DNA from: Octopus bimaculoides
Taxonomy: Eukaryota
Direction of reading: 5' to 3'
DNA length: 57,485 nt
Assembly: GCF_001194135.2 (NCBI RefSeq)
Contig: NC_068985.1
Coordinates: 60,267,257-60,324,741 of the forward strand
This document shows positions 37,580 to 48,440 of the stretch, piece after piece (the stretch's first letter is position 1; each line of letters begins with the position of its first letter). The notes beneath the pieces were generated by a model. It saw only the letters and a program-made list of their open reading frames with translations, did not search any database and was not told the origin of the DNA. The translations under genes and the position numbers were made by a program.

Positions 37580-38575
37580 CAGAATCACCCTTTGCCATCA
37601 TCCTTTTGGGGGTCGATAAAATAAGTACTGGGGCTGATGTAATTGACTTAAACCCTCCCTGAAATTGCTTACCTTGTGTCAAAATTTGAAATCATTATTA
37701 TTATGATTATTATTATTATTATCTTTAAGACTGAGTTGGCAGAATTGTTACTTGCTGGGGAAAATGGTTAGCAGCATTTCTTCCAATTTTACATTATGAG
37801 TTCAAATTCTGCCATAGTCATTTTTGCCTTTCATCCTTTCAGGATTGATAAATTAGGTACCAGTTAAACAATGGGATCAATGTAATTGACTTCGTCCTAC
37901 TCCCAGAAATGCTGGCTTTGTACCAAAATTTTAAATTATTATTATTATTAATGACATTTTGTCTGTCTTTATATTCTGTGTTCAAATTCCACCTAAGCTG
38001 ACTTTGCCTTTCATCCGTTAGTGGTTGATAAAATAAGTACCAGTTAGGTACTGGGGTCAATGTAATCAATTAACACCCTCCAACTAAAAATATGAGACCT
38101 TGTGCCTGCAGTAAAAAGAATTATTATTATTATGCACGGCAGCAAGCTGGCAGAATCATTAGTGTGCTGGACAAAATGCTTAGTGGCATTTCTTCTGTCT
38201 TTACATTCTGAGTTCAAATATAACTGAGGTTGACTTTGATTTTAATCCTTTCAGGGTTGATAAAATAAAAATTAACTGAGCATCGGGGTTGATGTAATTG
38301 ACTATTACCCTCCCGCCAAATTTCAGGCATTGTACCTGCAGCAGAAGGGATAAGTTGGTGAGCTGGCAGAATCATTAGTATACCAGACAAAATGCTTAGT
38401 AGCATTTTGTCTGTCTTTATGTTCTGAGTTCAAGTTTACCTTTTACCCTTTCAGGGTTAATGAAATAAGTACCAATTAAGCACTGGGCAAGGGAGGGGGG
38501 GTCTATGTAATTGACTATCCTTCCTCTTTCCCCAAAATTTCATGTCTTATGCTTATAGTAGAATAGATTATGCCA
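37580..38575 (+). mobile_element. Head-to-tail cluster of about 5 family D SINEs
   Basis: Five successive cores in the same orientation, several separated by (TTA)n tracts. Confidence 0.8.
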
Positions 38576-39184
38576 TTGCACTGTACAAATATATGAAGTA
38601 CTGTTTTTACCACTGCAATTATCAAGCCTAAACAAAAGGCTGCTTCTCTCAATTAGACTCTTCCTCTCTCTGAGTGTCTGTCAGTCTTCCCCACTCTCCT
38701 CTCTGGCAGGTTGATTCTCTCGCTTCTCACACTCTCTCTCTCGCCTTCAGCCTTCTTTTCTCCAACCCTCTTTCCCCTCCTCTTCCACTTTCTCTCTCCA
38801 TCATCAATCAATAAAATGATATTTGTCCCACCTATATTCATTAACCTCTGTCTTTATAACACAGCCATAATAACCAAGCCACTTATGTCAAGTCATTCCA
38901 CAGCCAACATCTCTACTTGCAACTGGTCAATTGATGTCTTTTGCCCCCACCTCCAAACCAACATTACTGACCATTCTTTTATATTCTGTTACACCATTAT
39001 CTCCACACTTTTACTGGCTTTGCTGCATAGGTGGAACTGGGTAACTTTCTGTTATAAAACCACATAGCTACCTATCTGTTTGTACATCTATCTATCCATC
39101 TGTTGTCTGTCTGCCCTTGTGTGTGTACATATAAACAAGAATAAGAATGGTGGTTACACCATACATTACCAACGATCATTTCTA

Positions 39185-39355
39185 TTGTGCAAGTGGCTGA
39201 CAACTCCACAGACACGTGCACCCTTAACGTAGTTCTCAGGAGATTCAGCATGACATAGAGTGTAACAAGGCTGGCCCTTTCAAATACAGGTGCAACAGAA
39301 ACAGGAAGGAAGAGTGAGAAAAAGTTGTGGTGTAAGAGTACAGCAGGGCTTGCTG
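39185..39355 (-). mobile_element. Family E SINE internal fragment
   Basis: Matches 33520-33690. Confidence 0.75.
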
Positions 39356-41032
39356 TTTATGTATGTGTGTGTGTGTGTATATATATATATAATTTATGTA
39401 TATATTAATATTATCTTGGTTGAAAAAACTTCGATAATGCAAATATGTTAATAGTTACCAGGGTAGCAAAAACCACACAAAAACTGGGATACCATACCCA
39501 GTTAATGGGTAGAAATCCCATGTTAAAGTGATGTATTTTGAGTAGATATGAAGAATAATAATAAACGGAGCAAAACGCATATAATCAATAAGTTCCTTTA
39601 ATTCCTACATACACACACACACACACACATATATATACATATATTTGTGTGTGTGTGTGTAAATATGGGTTTGTATATGTGTGTATACACACACACACAC
39701 ACATATACAAACACTCACCATTATATCTTGATTTAACAGCATAACTGCTAATACCGATATTGTTCTCTTCTCGGAATGATACAGTCTGTTGACATAAACT
39801 CTAAGGTTATCATTATTTATATTTCTAGTTACACTCAAATCGATCTCTCTACCCTCACAGCATTGAGTCTCTCTCTACTATTCCACTCACTGTCACACAC
39901 AATTGGACAGCTTGCTCACTCAGTATCAGTTTCCTAATTCATTTTTGAAAAGAGATCTGAAATGCTTCTCTCCAACATGTCTGGTCGGAGGAAATTTAAT
40001 ATCTAACCTATAACCTTTGTTGTCTGGATTTGTGAAGCGATTTCTCAATAAACCACTAATAATATGCAATAGATTCTGTGAAAAACACATGTTAAGTTAG
40101 AATTAAATTTTCACAATGTTTTAATATTGCTGCAATATGTTTGATAGGTTTTTAAAGAATACTGGAACAAAAGAAACTGTCATGAGACGGAACTGTGTGA
40201 ACATCAAAGAAAAGACAAGAATCTGAGGAAACTAGAAATGGTAAAAATATAATATGAATAGTCTGTATGTGAAGTTGGGAGAGGTGAGGTGCGCTGTGGT
40301 GTGGAGAAGGGGCATGTGTTTATTTATAGATATACACAGAAAAAAACCCTCTCTCATCTCTTTCTCTCTTCTTTACTGGTCACTGATATAAATATATATA
40401 AATACATATATGTACGTTTGTGTGGACACACACATATATATATGTACATATATGTGCATCTGTGGAAATATATATGTATATATATATAAATACATGAGTA
40501 CAATGTCATTTCCCCAATCTCAAACTCTACTTTAATCAAGTAAGCTCAGTGATTTTAAGTTATTCGACTTAAAACTTTTTCCCCCTCACTCAACAAATCA
40601 CTTTCCCAACTCTACTTGTGGCTAATGCGAATCTCCACTCCACCATCATTCATTGTATACTCTTGCACAGTGAAGCATGCATGCTCTCCTACCATCTTTC
40701 TCTCTCCCTTTTTTTATATAATCTCCTTCTTTCTTTTTTGCTTCTTCCTTTCACAAATGTTTTTTTTTATTTATGCAGGTATGTGGCACTTGTCCCTTCA
40801 TCACTTCCATAACTGAAGTCTAAAACTGAATCACAAATGTCAGGCCATTGGCGACTGAACCAGCAACTCCGCAGAGATTTCTCTGTGAGAAGGGTGTTTT
40901 TCTTATTTGGTCACCCTACAGGAGGAAAGGCAAATCCTGCCTAAGAGTGGGTGAACTCTGAGGAGTCAACAGCCATCCAAATAGCATTTCTTTATTAGTA
41001 CTGCCAATGGAGCCATTACTACTTAGGATAGC

Positions 41033-41060
<28 letters not shown>

Positions 41061-41063
<3 letters not shown>

Positions 41064-42785
41064 ACAAATATCCCATGAACAAAAACAACAGATAACATCT
41101 TTGTGGGTATAGTTTTGGCTGGCAACCCCTTACAGATGATATCACGATAAAAACACTGGTGGTTGTGACACCCCACCAATACAGCCCTTTTTATGAGTGT
41201 ATAGGAAAGTGGTTATACACCATTAGGTGTATACCCACTTCCGTACATTAAATTCTGAAGAAACAACGGAACGCAGATTCTGAACCATCAACACAACAAT
41301 ATTTATTTACAGAGGAAATAGGCAGCACTTTGCCCTTTGGTTGCTGAGACTGCTTGACACGTCCAGGCTCAGGGCCGGCCGGCCGAGAAAGAGAGTGAAA
41401 AAAGCGGGAACGTTTTAGATGTTAAACTCCACGCATGTGCATGAGACTCTTCCCATGTTCCTTCCGGAACTAGTCCCCGTGCATGCGTGGATAAGCTTAC
41501 CGGAAAGGTCATCTGCTAGTAAGGCGTTACTACAAGTGTAATGACAAATAAAGATCATTACAACTAAATTCGTGAGACCTGAACCCAGAGTAAAGGTCTT
41601 TTGCATGGCAAGTGCTCCACTGCACAGCAGAGTGGACCTAGTCATTATCTAAATACTGCTACAAAGATTAGGAGAAAATGGACTGGAAATGAAGACAGAA
41701 CTGTAATGAAATGTTATTACAGAAGTGAGCCTACCAAAACAGGAAACTATAAAAGAATGTCATGTTCCCTATCACAGAGCTAAGACTTGTGGACCAAAAA
41801 TATCTAATCATGAAAAGGCAGTGGCTATCCCAGTTGGAACTGGAGGTCTCCACAATAGTGAAAGAGTGTGAAAGTGACAATGCTGAACACTAAGAACAAA
41901 ACGAGAATAAGAACAGAGATTAGCAGAGGGAGTAATGAATCTCCACAAAAGAAATAGCTGTTTAGATGAAGGTAAAGATTGTTACAGAGAAAGAAGCTTA
42001 CTATTAAAACTGAATGCGGCATGAAATAGCAAAAGAAAGAGGCTACCAGATCTGAGAGGAATTGAATATAAAGTAGTGTAAAAAATGCAATAACTACATC
42101 AAAACATAACACACCTAAATAACATCAAAACATAACACATCTAAATATACTGCACTACCTCTGTCATAGTGCAAACTCTTGGAGTTAAAAGTCAAAGAAA
42201 AACAGATAAGAGAGCCACATGGTGGGATCGACAAAACTCAGTCAGACAACAAATGTAAAATCACCAGGAAAAGAGCTGAAAGTATCAATCACCTTTTGAG
42301 TGCAGTGTACTAAAACAAAAGGAGTTTAAGTGCAGACAAAAGAATGCATTGGAATGTTAGTTAGCTTGAAAACAACAGCAAAGTGGTATGATCATGAATC
42401 AGAGGTAGTGATAGAAAATGAGAATTACAAGATCTTGTGGGACTTTCCCATAAAGACTGACTATACTACTAATGCAAGAAGACCAGATATGATCATAGAG
42501 AACAAAATAAAGAAACAGTGCAAGATTATAGATTTTGCAATTTCCTATGATAGCAGAGACAATACCAAGGAAATTGAAAAAATTTAGAAATATTAGGATC
42601 TAGCCAGAGAGCTAGAAAGAAACTGGAATTGAAACTCACATTGTCAAGTATCATCCTATATTTCTGCAAGTATCCAAAGAAAGATTTTTGAAAGTTAAGG
42701 AGACTTCACCAAACATCAAGATGAAATGCCTGCTAACTAAATTAGCATGCACTAGTGTAATAATAATAACGACAATGATAATAAT
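41061..42785 (+). mobile_element. Internally deleted (RT-less) R4/Dong-like element between two (TAA)n tracts
   Basis: N-terminal Myb-like RRKWTGNEDRTVMKCYYRSEP..GNYKRM; jump at about 42225 from EP.WW to IDKTQSDNKC; RLE KWYDH...ENENYKILWDFPIKTD...ARRPDMII...CKIIDFAI..D...KEIEKI. No RT motifs lie in between. Confidence 0.85.
41201..41534 (-). mobile_element. Solo-LTR-like repeat nested in the Dong-like 5' region
   Basis: On the minus strand it starts TGTAGTAACG, has AATAAA about 110 bp from its 3' end and a terminal hairpin; direct repeat AGTGT at 41196-41200 and 41535-41539; homologous to 50918-51284. Confidence 0.65.
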
Positions 42786-43251
42786 AAAAAGATGGGGTAC
42801 AGCAAATATTCTGCTTAATACCACAGATTTGCTTATCAGTTGTTTGACCTTAACCAGTTGAGCATGTCCCTTGGCAGCTAACAATATGTGCATCTCTGAT
42901 AATGAGCAGAAGTAGTGGGGGAGCATCATAGCCATGTGTTGAGAGGAATTCTTTGGGGTTTGAATAATTCACCTCTGGAAATATGGGTGTTTCGTTCAAT
43001 ATCCTTAAACAACCCTTATTCAAGGACCATTTGAACGAGATGGGCTACTCAACCTGAAGAAAATTCTAACTGGGCCCCACCTGCAAGGTCATGCGCTGTT
43101 TATCTTGATATGAGATCACCATGTCGAGCACATATGATTGTGATGCATGTGCCTGGTGTACTCTTATCAGACGGGTAGTCATGATGGGTATACTGGGCTT
43201 CGTATATTTTACCCTAGTGTCACTTTGATGGCATGCACTACTCTCTCACTC
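42786..43251 (+). mobile_element. Family H non-coding repeat, 5'-truncated, (TAA)n on both sides
   Basis: Homology to 36431-36490; ends ...CTCTCTCACTC(AAT)n. Confidence 0.7.
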
Positions 43252-43800
43252 AATAATAATAATAATCATAATAATAATCATTTCTACTATAGGTACTAGG
43301 TCTGAAATTGTGGAGGAATGGACTAGGTGATTACATAGACCCCAGCACATAACTGGTACTTATTTCATCAACCCTGAAAGGATGAAAGGCAAAAGTCGAT
43401 CTCTGCAGAATTTGAACTCAAACTGTAAGGACGGACAAAATGCAACTAAGCGTGCTAATGATTCCATTAGCTCACCGCCTTACTAAAGGCACAAGGCCTG
43501 AAATTTTGGGGAGGCAACTAGTCAATTACATCGATCCCAATGATTCACTGCTACTTAATTTATCAACCCCAAAAGGATGAAAGACAAAGTCAACCTCCGT
43601 GGAATGTGAACTCAGAACGTAGCAACAGGCAAAATACCACTCCGCATTTCATCCAGCATGTTAACGATTTTGCTAGCTCGCTGCCTTAATAATAATCCTC
43701 TCTGTTATAGGTACAATACCTGAAATTTTGGGGGAGAGGGCCAGTTGATTAAATCGACACCAGTACACAACAGGTACTTAATTTATCAACCCCAAAAGGA

Positions 43801-44030
43801 TAGAGCCACATGATGGGATCGACAAAACTCAGACAACAAATGTAAAATCACCAGGAAAAGAGCTGAAAGTATCAATTACCTTTTGAGTGCAGAAAAGGAG
43901 TATAAGTGCAGGTATATCTGTGTAGACAAAAGAGTACTTTGAAATGTTAGCTAAGTATAAGGCTTCAAAACAACAGCAAAGTGGTATGATCATGAATCAG
44001 AGGCAGTGATAGAAAATGAGAATTACAGTA
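43801..44030 (+). mobile_element. Second copy of the RT-less Dong junction/CCHC segment
   Basis: AGAGCCACATG.TGGGATCGACAAAACTCAG... matches 42211-42430; followed by (TAA)n. Confidence 0.85.
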
Positions 44031-44047
44031 ATAATAATAAATAATAA

Positions 44048-44350
44048 CACTTAGAGAGCGCAAACCTCTGCAAAGGCAATGCCAACGTCCTCTCAACGAT
44101 TAGCCAGAGATGATTTTTAAATTGAGAATATCTAAAATAAATTCAACTGCTCTCATAAACGAGAATACTAAAAAAATAAACCCGACTGCTCTCAAAAATT
44201 AAGTAAACAAAAACGGAAAAATAATTCAGAATCCTTGTCCGGTACCTGAACTATACCAATGGTAGTCATGGAATGTAAAGGTAGCTGTAGAAAATTTAGT
44301 AACAGCGATTGAAAAAAATACCTCCGCTTCGCTAAGGCAGAGGTAATAAT
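44048..44350 (-). mobile_element. Helentron-associated non-autonomous element (HINE/DINE-1-like)
   Basis: Minus strand reads TTATTACCTCTGCCTTAGCGAAGCGGAGGT...GCCTTTGCAGAGGTTTGCGCTCTCTAAGTG, the subterminal IR plus hairpin layout typical of these elements. Confidence 0.6.
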
Positions 44351-45027
44351 AACGCTTTCAAATTTTGCCACAAGGGCAGCCATTTTTGGTGGGAAGGGAC
44401 AAGCTGATTATATCAAACCCAAAAGGATGAAAGACCTCAACAAAATTTGAATTCAGAACATAGCGATGGGCGAAATACCGCGGTTTCAAATTTTGCTACA
44501 AGAACAGCAATTTTGGGGGAGGGGATGAGTCGATTACATTGACCCAGTGTTCATCTGGTACTTAAGGATGAAAGGCAAAGTTAACCTCTGGAATTTGAAC
44601 TCAGAACGTAACGACAGGCGAAATACTGCAATAATAATAACTAGTAAGACCTGTGGAAATTCCATGGTATAAGTCAGCACATTTGAAAACCATTATGTTA
44701 GTATGTTAAACACAGGCAAAGAGTTTAAAAAAGAAAATTCTTTTGATATCTTGCCATTTGATAAGGTGTTGCTTACCTCCTTGTAATATATGCTTTATAG
44801 TTTAAGGAAACAAAAAGTAAATTAAAAAAGATTAAAAACTTATTCATGCATATGTACTAAATGCTTATCATTTACAATTATTTTTAATGTATCTCCTTGT
44901 GCCCAGCGGCGGACTGTGTCTAAAAATATTGGTTGCCAGGAAACTAAGGGGGTCCACCCGCAATGGTTGATATAACTTTAAACCAGATAAATAGTATTAT
45001 TCACTCTCACAACCTATTATCATTTTT

Positions 45028-45273
45028 GGCGATCTAACTTTGGCGATCTTTAACGAAGATTGGCCTTTTCCGTAACACCCGCACGATGTTCACTACGGTG
45101 TTAGAGTTAGGGTTTTAGGGTTACGGTTAGGGATGGAATTCCCTAACCCTAAACCCTTCAAAATAAATCGTGCTCTCTGTATGTCTTTCGCTTTTGTGCC
45201 GTCGTTTCCCTGTTTCTCTCCAACACTTTTTACGGAAAAGGCCGATATTTAGGACTCGTACCGTAAGATCGCC
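45028..45273. mobile_element. Merlin-like MITE with inverted telomeric-type repeats
   Basis: GGCGATC...GATCGCC ends; subterminal GGCCTTTTCCGTAA / TTACGGAAAAGGCC; flanks TCATTTTT / TTGTTTTT (possible 8-bp TSD, both derivable from TCGTTTTT). The right end resembles that of 4257-4911. Confidence 0.7.
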
Positions 45274-46525
45274 TTGTTTTTTTATTTATAAGATAAAAAA
45301 AAAAATTTGGAACATTGTATCCTAAATTTTTTTTTCTTCAAGAAATGGCTTATTTCTGCTCTATATACTTTCGATGTCTGAATTTGTAGGTAAAAAATGA
45401 AAATCATTATATTTATGCATCATGCAGTTAAGGAGATGAAATCGAGTGGAGTTTTGGATCAGGACGCCCACATAAGTCTAATTTTCTCCGTGTTGACGAG
45501 AATTTTTCGAATTTTATTTCTCACTCAAGCCTTTGAGGTGTTGGTGGTGGTGGCGACATTTTATGAAAAAAATGTTTTCACCTCAACCCCATTGGCCTGT
45601 TTTTTCTGNNNNNNNNNNNNNNNNNNNNNNNNNNNNNNNNNNNNNNNNNNNNNNNNNNNNNNNNNNNNNNNNNNNNNNNNNNNNNNNNNNNNNNNNNNNN
45701 NNNNNNNNNNNNNNNNNNNNNNNNNNNNNNNNNNNNNNNNNNNNNNNNNNNNNNNNNNNNNNNNNNNNNNNNNNNNNNNNNNNNNNNNNNNNNNNNNNNN
45801 NNNNNNNNNNNNNNNNNNNNNNNNNNNNNNNNNNNNNNNNNNNNNNNNNNNNNNNNNNNNNNNNNNNNNNNNNNNNNNNNNNNNNNNNNNNNNNNNNNNN
45901 NNNNNNNNNNNNNNNNNNNNNNNNNNNNNNNNNNNNNNNNNNNNNNNNNNNNNNNNNNNNNNNNNNNNNNNNNNNNNNNNNNNNNNNNNNNNNNNNNNNN
46001 NNNNNNNNNNNNNNNNNNNNNNNNNNNNNNNNNNNNNNNNNNNNNNNNNNNNNNNNNNNNNNNNNNNNNNNNNNNNNNNNNNNNNNNNNNNNNNNNNNNN
46101 NNNNNNNNNNNNNNNNNNNNNNNNNNNNNNNNNNNNNNNNNNNNNNNNNNNTTTTTTTTTTAATTTCAATCCTCCCACCATAATTTATTTGCTTTATTTA
46201 CAGTGAGAGCTTCCAAATCCTGTTTCCTGATTGGGTGAAAATTATCAAACTTTTAGCCTCTGCAACTTTTTAAAAACATTTTTCTGAAAAAGTGAAACAA
46301 CTCCAGCAATTTAGCTAGGAATAGTACATTATTGTGCCAAATTTTAAAATTTTTGATAAACTTTAATTTTTGAAATGTTGGTAGCCAAACTGTCTTCAAT
46401 TAGCCCACCCCCAGTTCTTGAATCAGTAATTAAAAAAAAAAAAAATTCGAATTCCTTTGCGATTTTTGTCAAAATTCTGAAGATAGTTATTTAAATAGGG
46501 ATAAAAACATACTGAAGTATCCAGT

Positions 46526-47174
46526 TAGTGGTGGCTCATGTACAGGAACTGTGGAACTGCAGCACCCCCTATTTCCACTCGATATTATCTATAACATTCA
46601 ATATAATGAGTCCTTTTTTTAATTCTTTCTTTATACTTGTACATTATATAATCCTTAAGCTAAATGTCAGTAGCCATCCCCTAGTTTATGAAAAAATACA
46701 AAGATCCTTGTATAGAACTGTGTGGTTCACAGTTCCAGTGACGCAGTGTTTGGCTGTTGTGCATATGGCTGAGATAGGAAGCTTCACACAAGGAAGCGAG
46801 AGAGCACTGCGTGAACGACAGTGCTGGGTGAAAGGTAGCGTTTCTTTTTGACTCTGCGTGTGTTGTGCTTAAAAATGTGTTTATATTCTTGAATGTGATA
46901 AAGTGTAGAATTAGATTATTATCCTGCTTCCAGCTTCAGTGTTGCTCCTTATTTTGTGATTTAGGGGGGATTTTTGAAAAACAAGGGGGAATTTGCGGCG
47001 GTGTTCAGTGAACAAATTAAACACACTACCCAGTAGTGGCTAAAACGTGAATCGATCAAGTTTATGTATAAATTTTCTTTTTATATGTTTGTTTTCTTTT
47101 TCACAATATTAAAACAATGGCTAAAAATTTTCTGAAGCAGCACCCCAACTAATTTTATCTATGAGCTGCCATTG
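46526..47174. mobile_element. Non-autonomous hAT-like element (about 650 bp)
   Basis: Degenerate TIRs TAGTGGTGGCTCAT / ATGAGCTGCCATTG (consensus CAGTGGCGGCTCAT); flanks TATCCAGT / CATCAAGT (6 of 8 match). Confidence 0.5.
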
Positions 47175-47632
47175 CATCAAGTTAGTCTTTATTGGGCAAG
47201 ACTTCCTTTTGTACCCCTCAAAAAACACCCCTTTAAAAAAAATTTCTTTTTCTACACAAACCCCCATTTTCGGCTACGGAGAATACGAATCTGCAAAAAA
47301 AGTGGCAAAAATTAGCATTTTGAATTAAGGTTTTAAGGTTAGGGTTAGGATTTTAGAGATAGGGTTACGGTTAGGGAAAAAGTGAAAAATGAAGAAGTTG
47401 GGGAGGGAAAGGGGCAAAATTTTCAACATATCCAAAAATGGGGGGTTTTGGCAAAAGAATGAATAATAATTTGCAAGAAAATGGGTGGGGGACGAGATAA
47501 AGGTTTTCCCTTTGGTGCAGTAAATAAACCTATTTCAGTTAAAACATACAATTGTATATGTAATAAACTATAGAAGAAAAATTTTATTTCAACTGTCCTC
47601 AAGCAAGGACAGTAGGTTAATGAGTTAAGCAT

Positions 47633-48440
47633 TCACACAGGGTAAACTTCATGAATTTGACTAATAATATTGTTGAAGGCATTACCATTAGCATATTTTT
47701 GTCTCCACATAAACTCGACCAAGTAAGTGTCAAGGAGTGAACATGAAGTTCCACTCTCCTTGTACCTCCGCTTTGCCCTCATCCACAGATTTTCAGCTGT
47801 ATTCGTATGGGATCGTCATAGGATCAACAAAATTCATTTGATTCACTGTCAGATGCTGGAATCCTCTGTTACCAATGGTGCTGTATGCTTGTCACATGTC
47901 TGACACCACAGTGATTTTTGGTTTCATGTACTTGTCCAACACAGGTAAAAGAGCGTTGGTATCCCTTTTCGCCACTGCCTCAAGAAAACACACCTTACTT
48001 ATCAATGCCACCAAAAACCCAGTTGTGATGTCAATCTGCAAACATACTCCTTTCTCCGTGTAAATACAGACTCATCAATCTCAACCTCTCATCCACTGCC
48101 ACCAAGTAATATACAATCCAATAATAATTTCTCTGTGCATATGTCACGGAGGAAATTCTTCCAGTTACAAATAGCCTCCCTATTCCATCCCAGCTCCTGT
48201 TGACATTTTCTTTGAGATACTTCTTCATATGCCCAGAAGTAAATGAACATTAAAATTTCATCCAGATTACTATTGGCAAAGAAGGTGTTGTGTCTCAAAC
48301 CTTTCTCCTTTCTACACGACCTTCCACATTGCCACCCTTTGTCAATTCTATATTTCGGGTTACACATCCAACAAACACTCACATAAGGTAACAGTCCAAT
48401 ATCTTGGCAAAACGTACTTGTCAATTCAGCTGTTGCTGTT
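47633..48440 (-). pseudogene. Merlin / ISXO2-like (IS1595-related) DDE transposase pseudogene
   Basis: GWQCGRSCRKEKGLRHNTFF; LGGSG*EVEIDESVF; ITVVSDM*QAY; GFQHLTVN..FVDP; TN..ENLWMRAKR; YLVEFMWRQKY. Several stops and frameshifts. Confidence 0.85.

Larger units (their letters stand above)
43285..44630 (-). mobile_element. Cluster of about 5 family D SINEs in the same orientation, with nested inserts
   Basis: Cores at about 43285-43480, 43485-43690, 43705-43800, 44360-44470 and 44485-44630. Confidence 0.8.

Noticed and set aside
40930-41000. HDV-like GAC-TCCTCAGA-GTT (P3/L3-like) on the minus strand beside the (TAA)n tract
   Set aside because: I could not identify P1, P1.1 or P2 pairings.
41120-41175. 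Hammerhead-like CAGATGA-TAT-CACG-ATA-AAAAC
   Set aside because: Two core mismatches and no complementary stem I.
45101-45156. Ancestral chromosome end-to-end fusion site
   Set aside because: The tract is short and enclosed by transposon TIRs, so it is better explained as MITE content.
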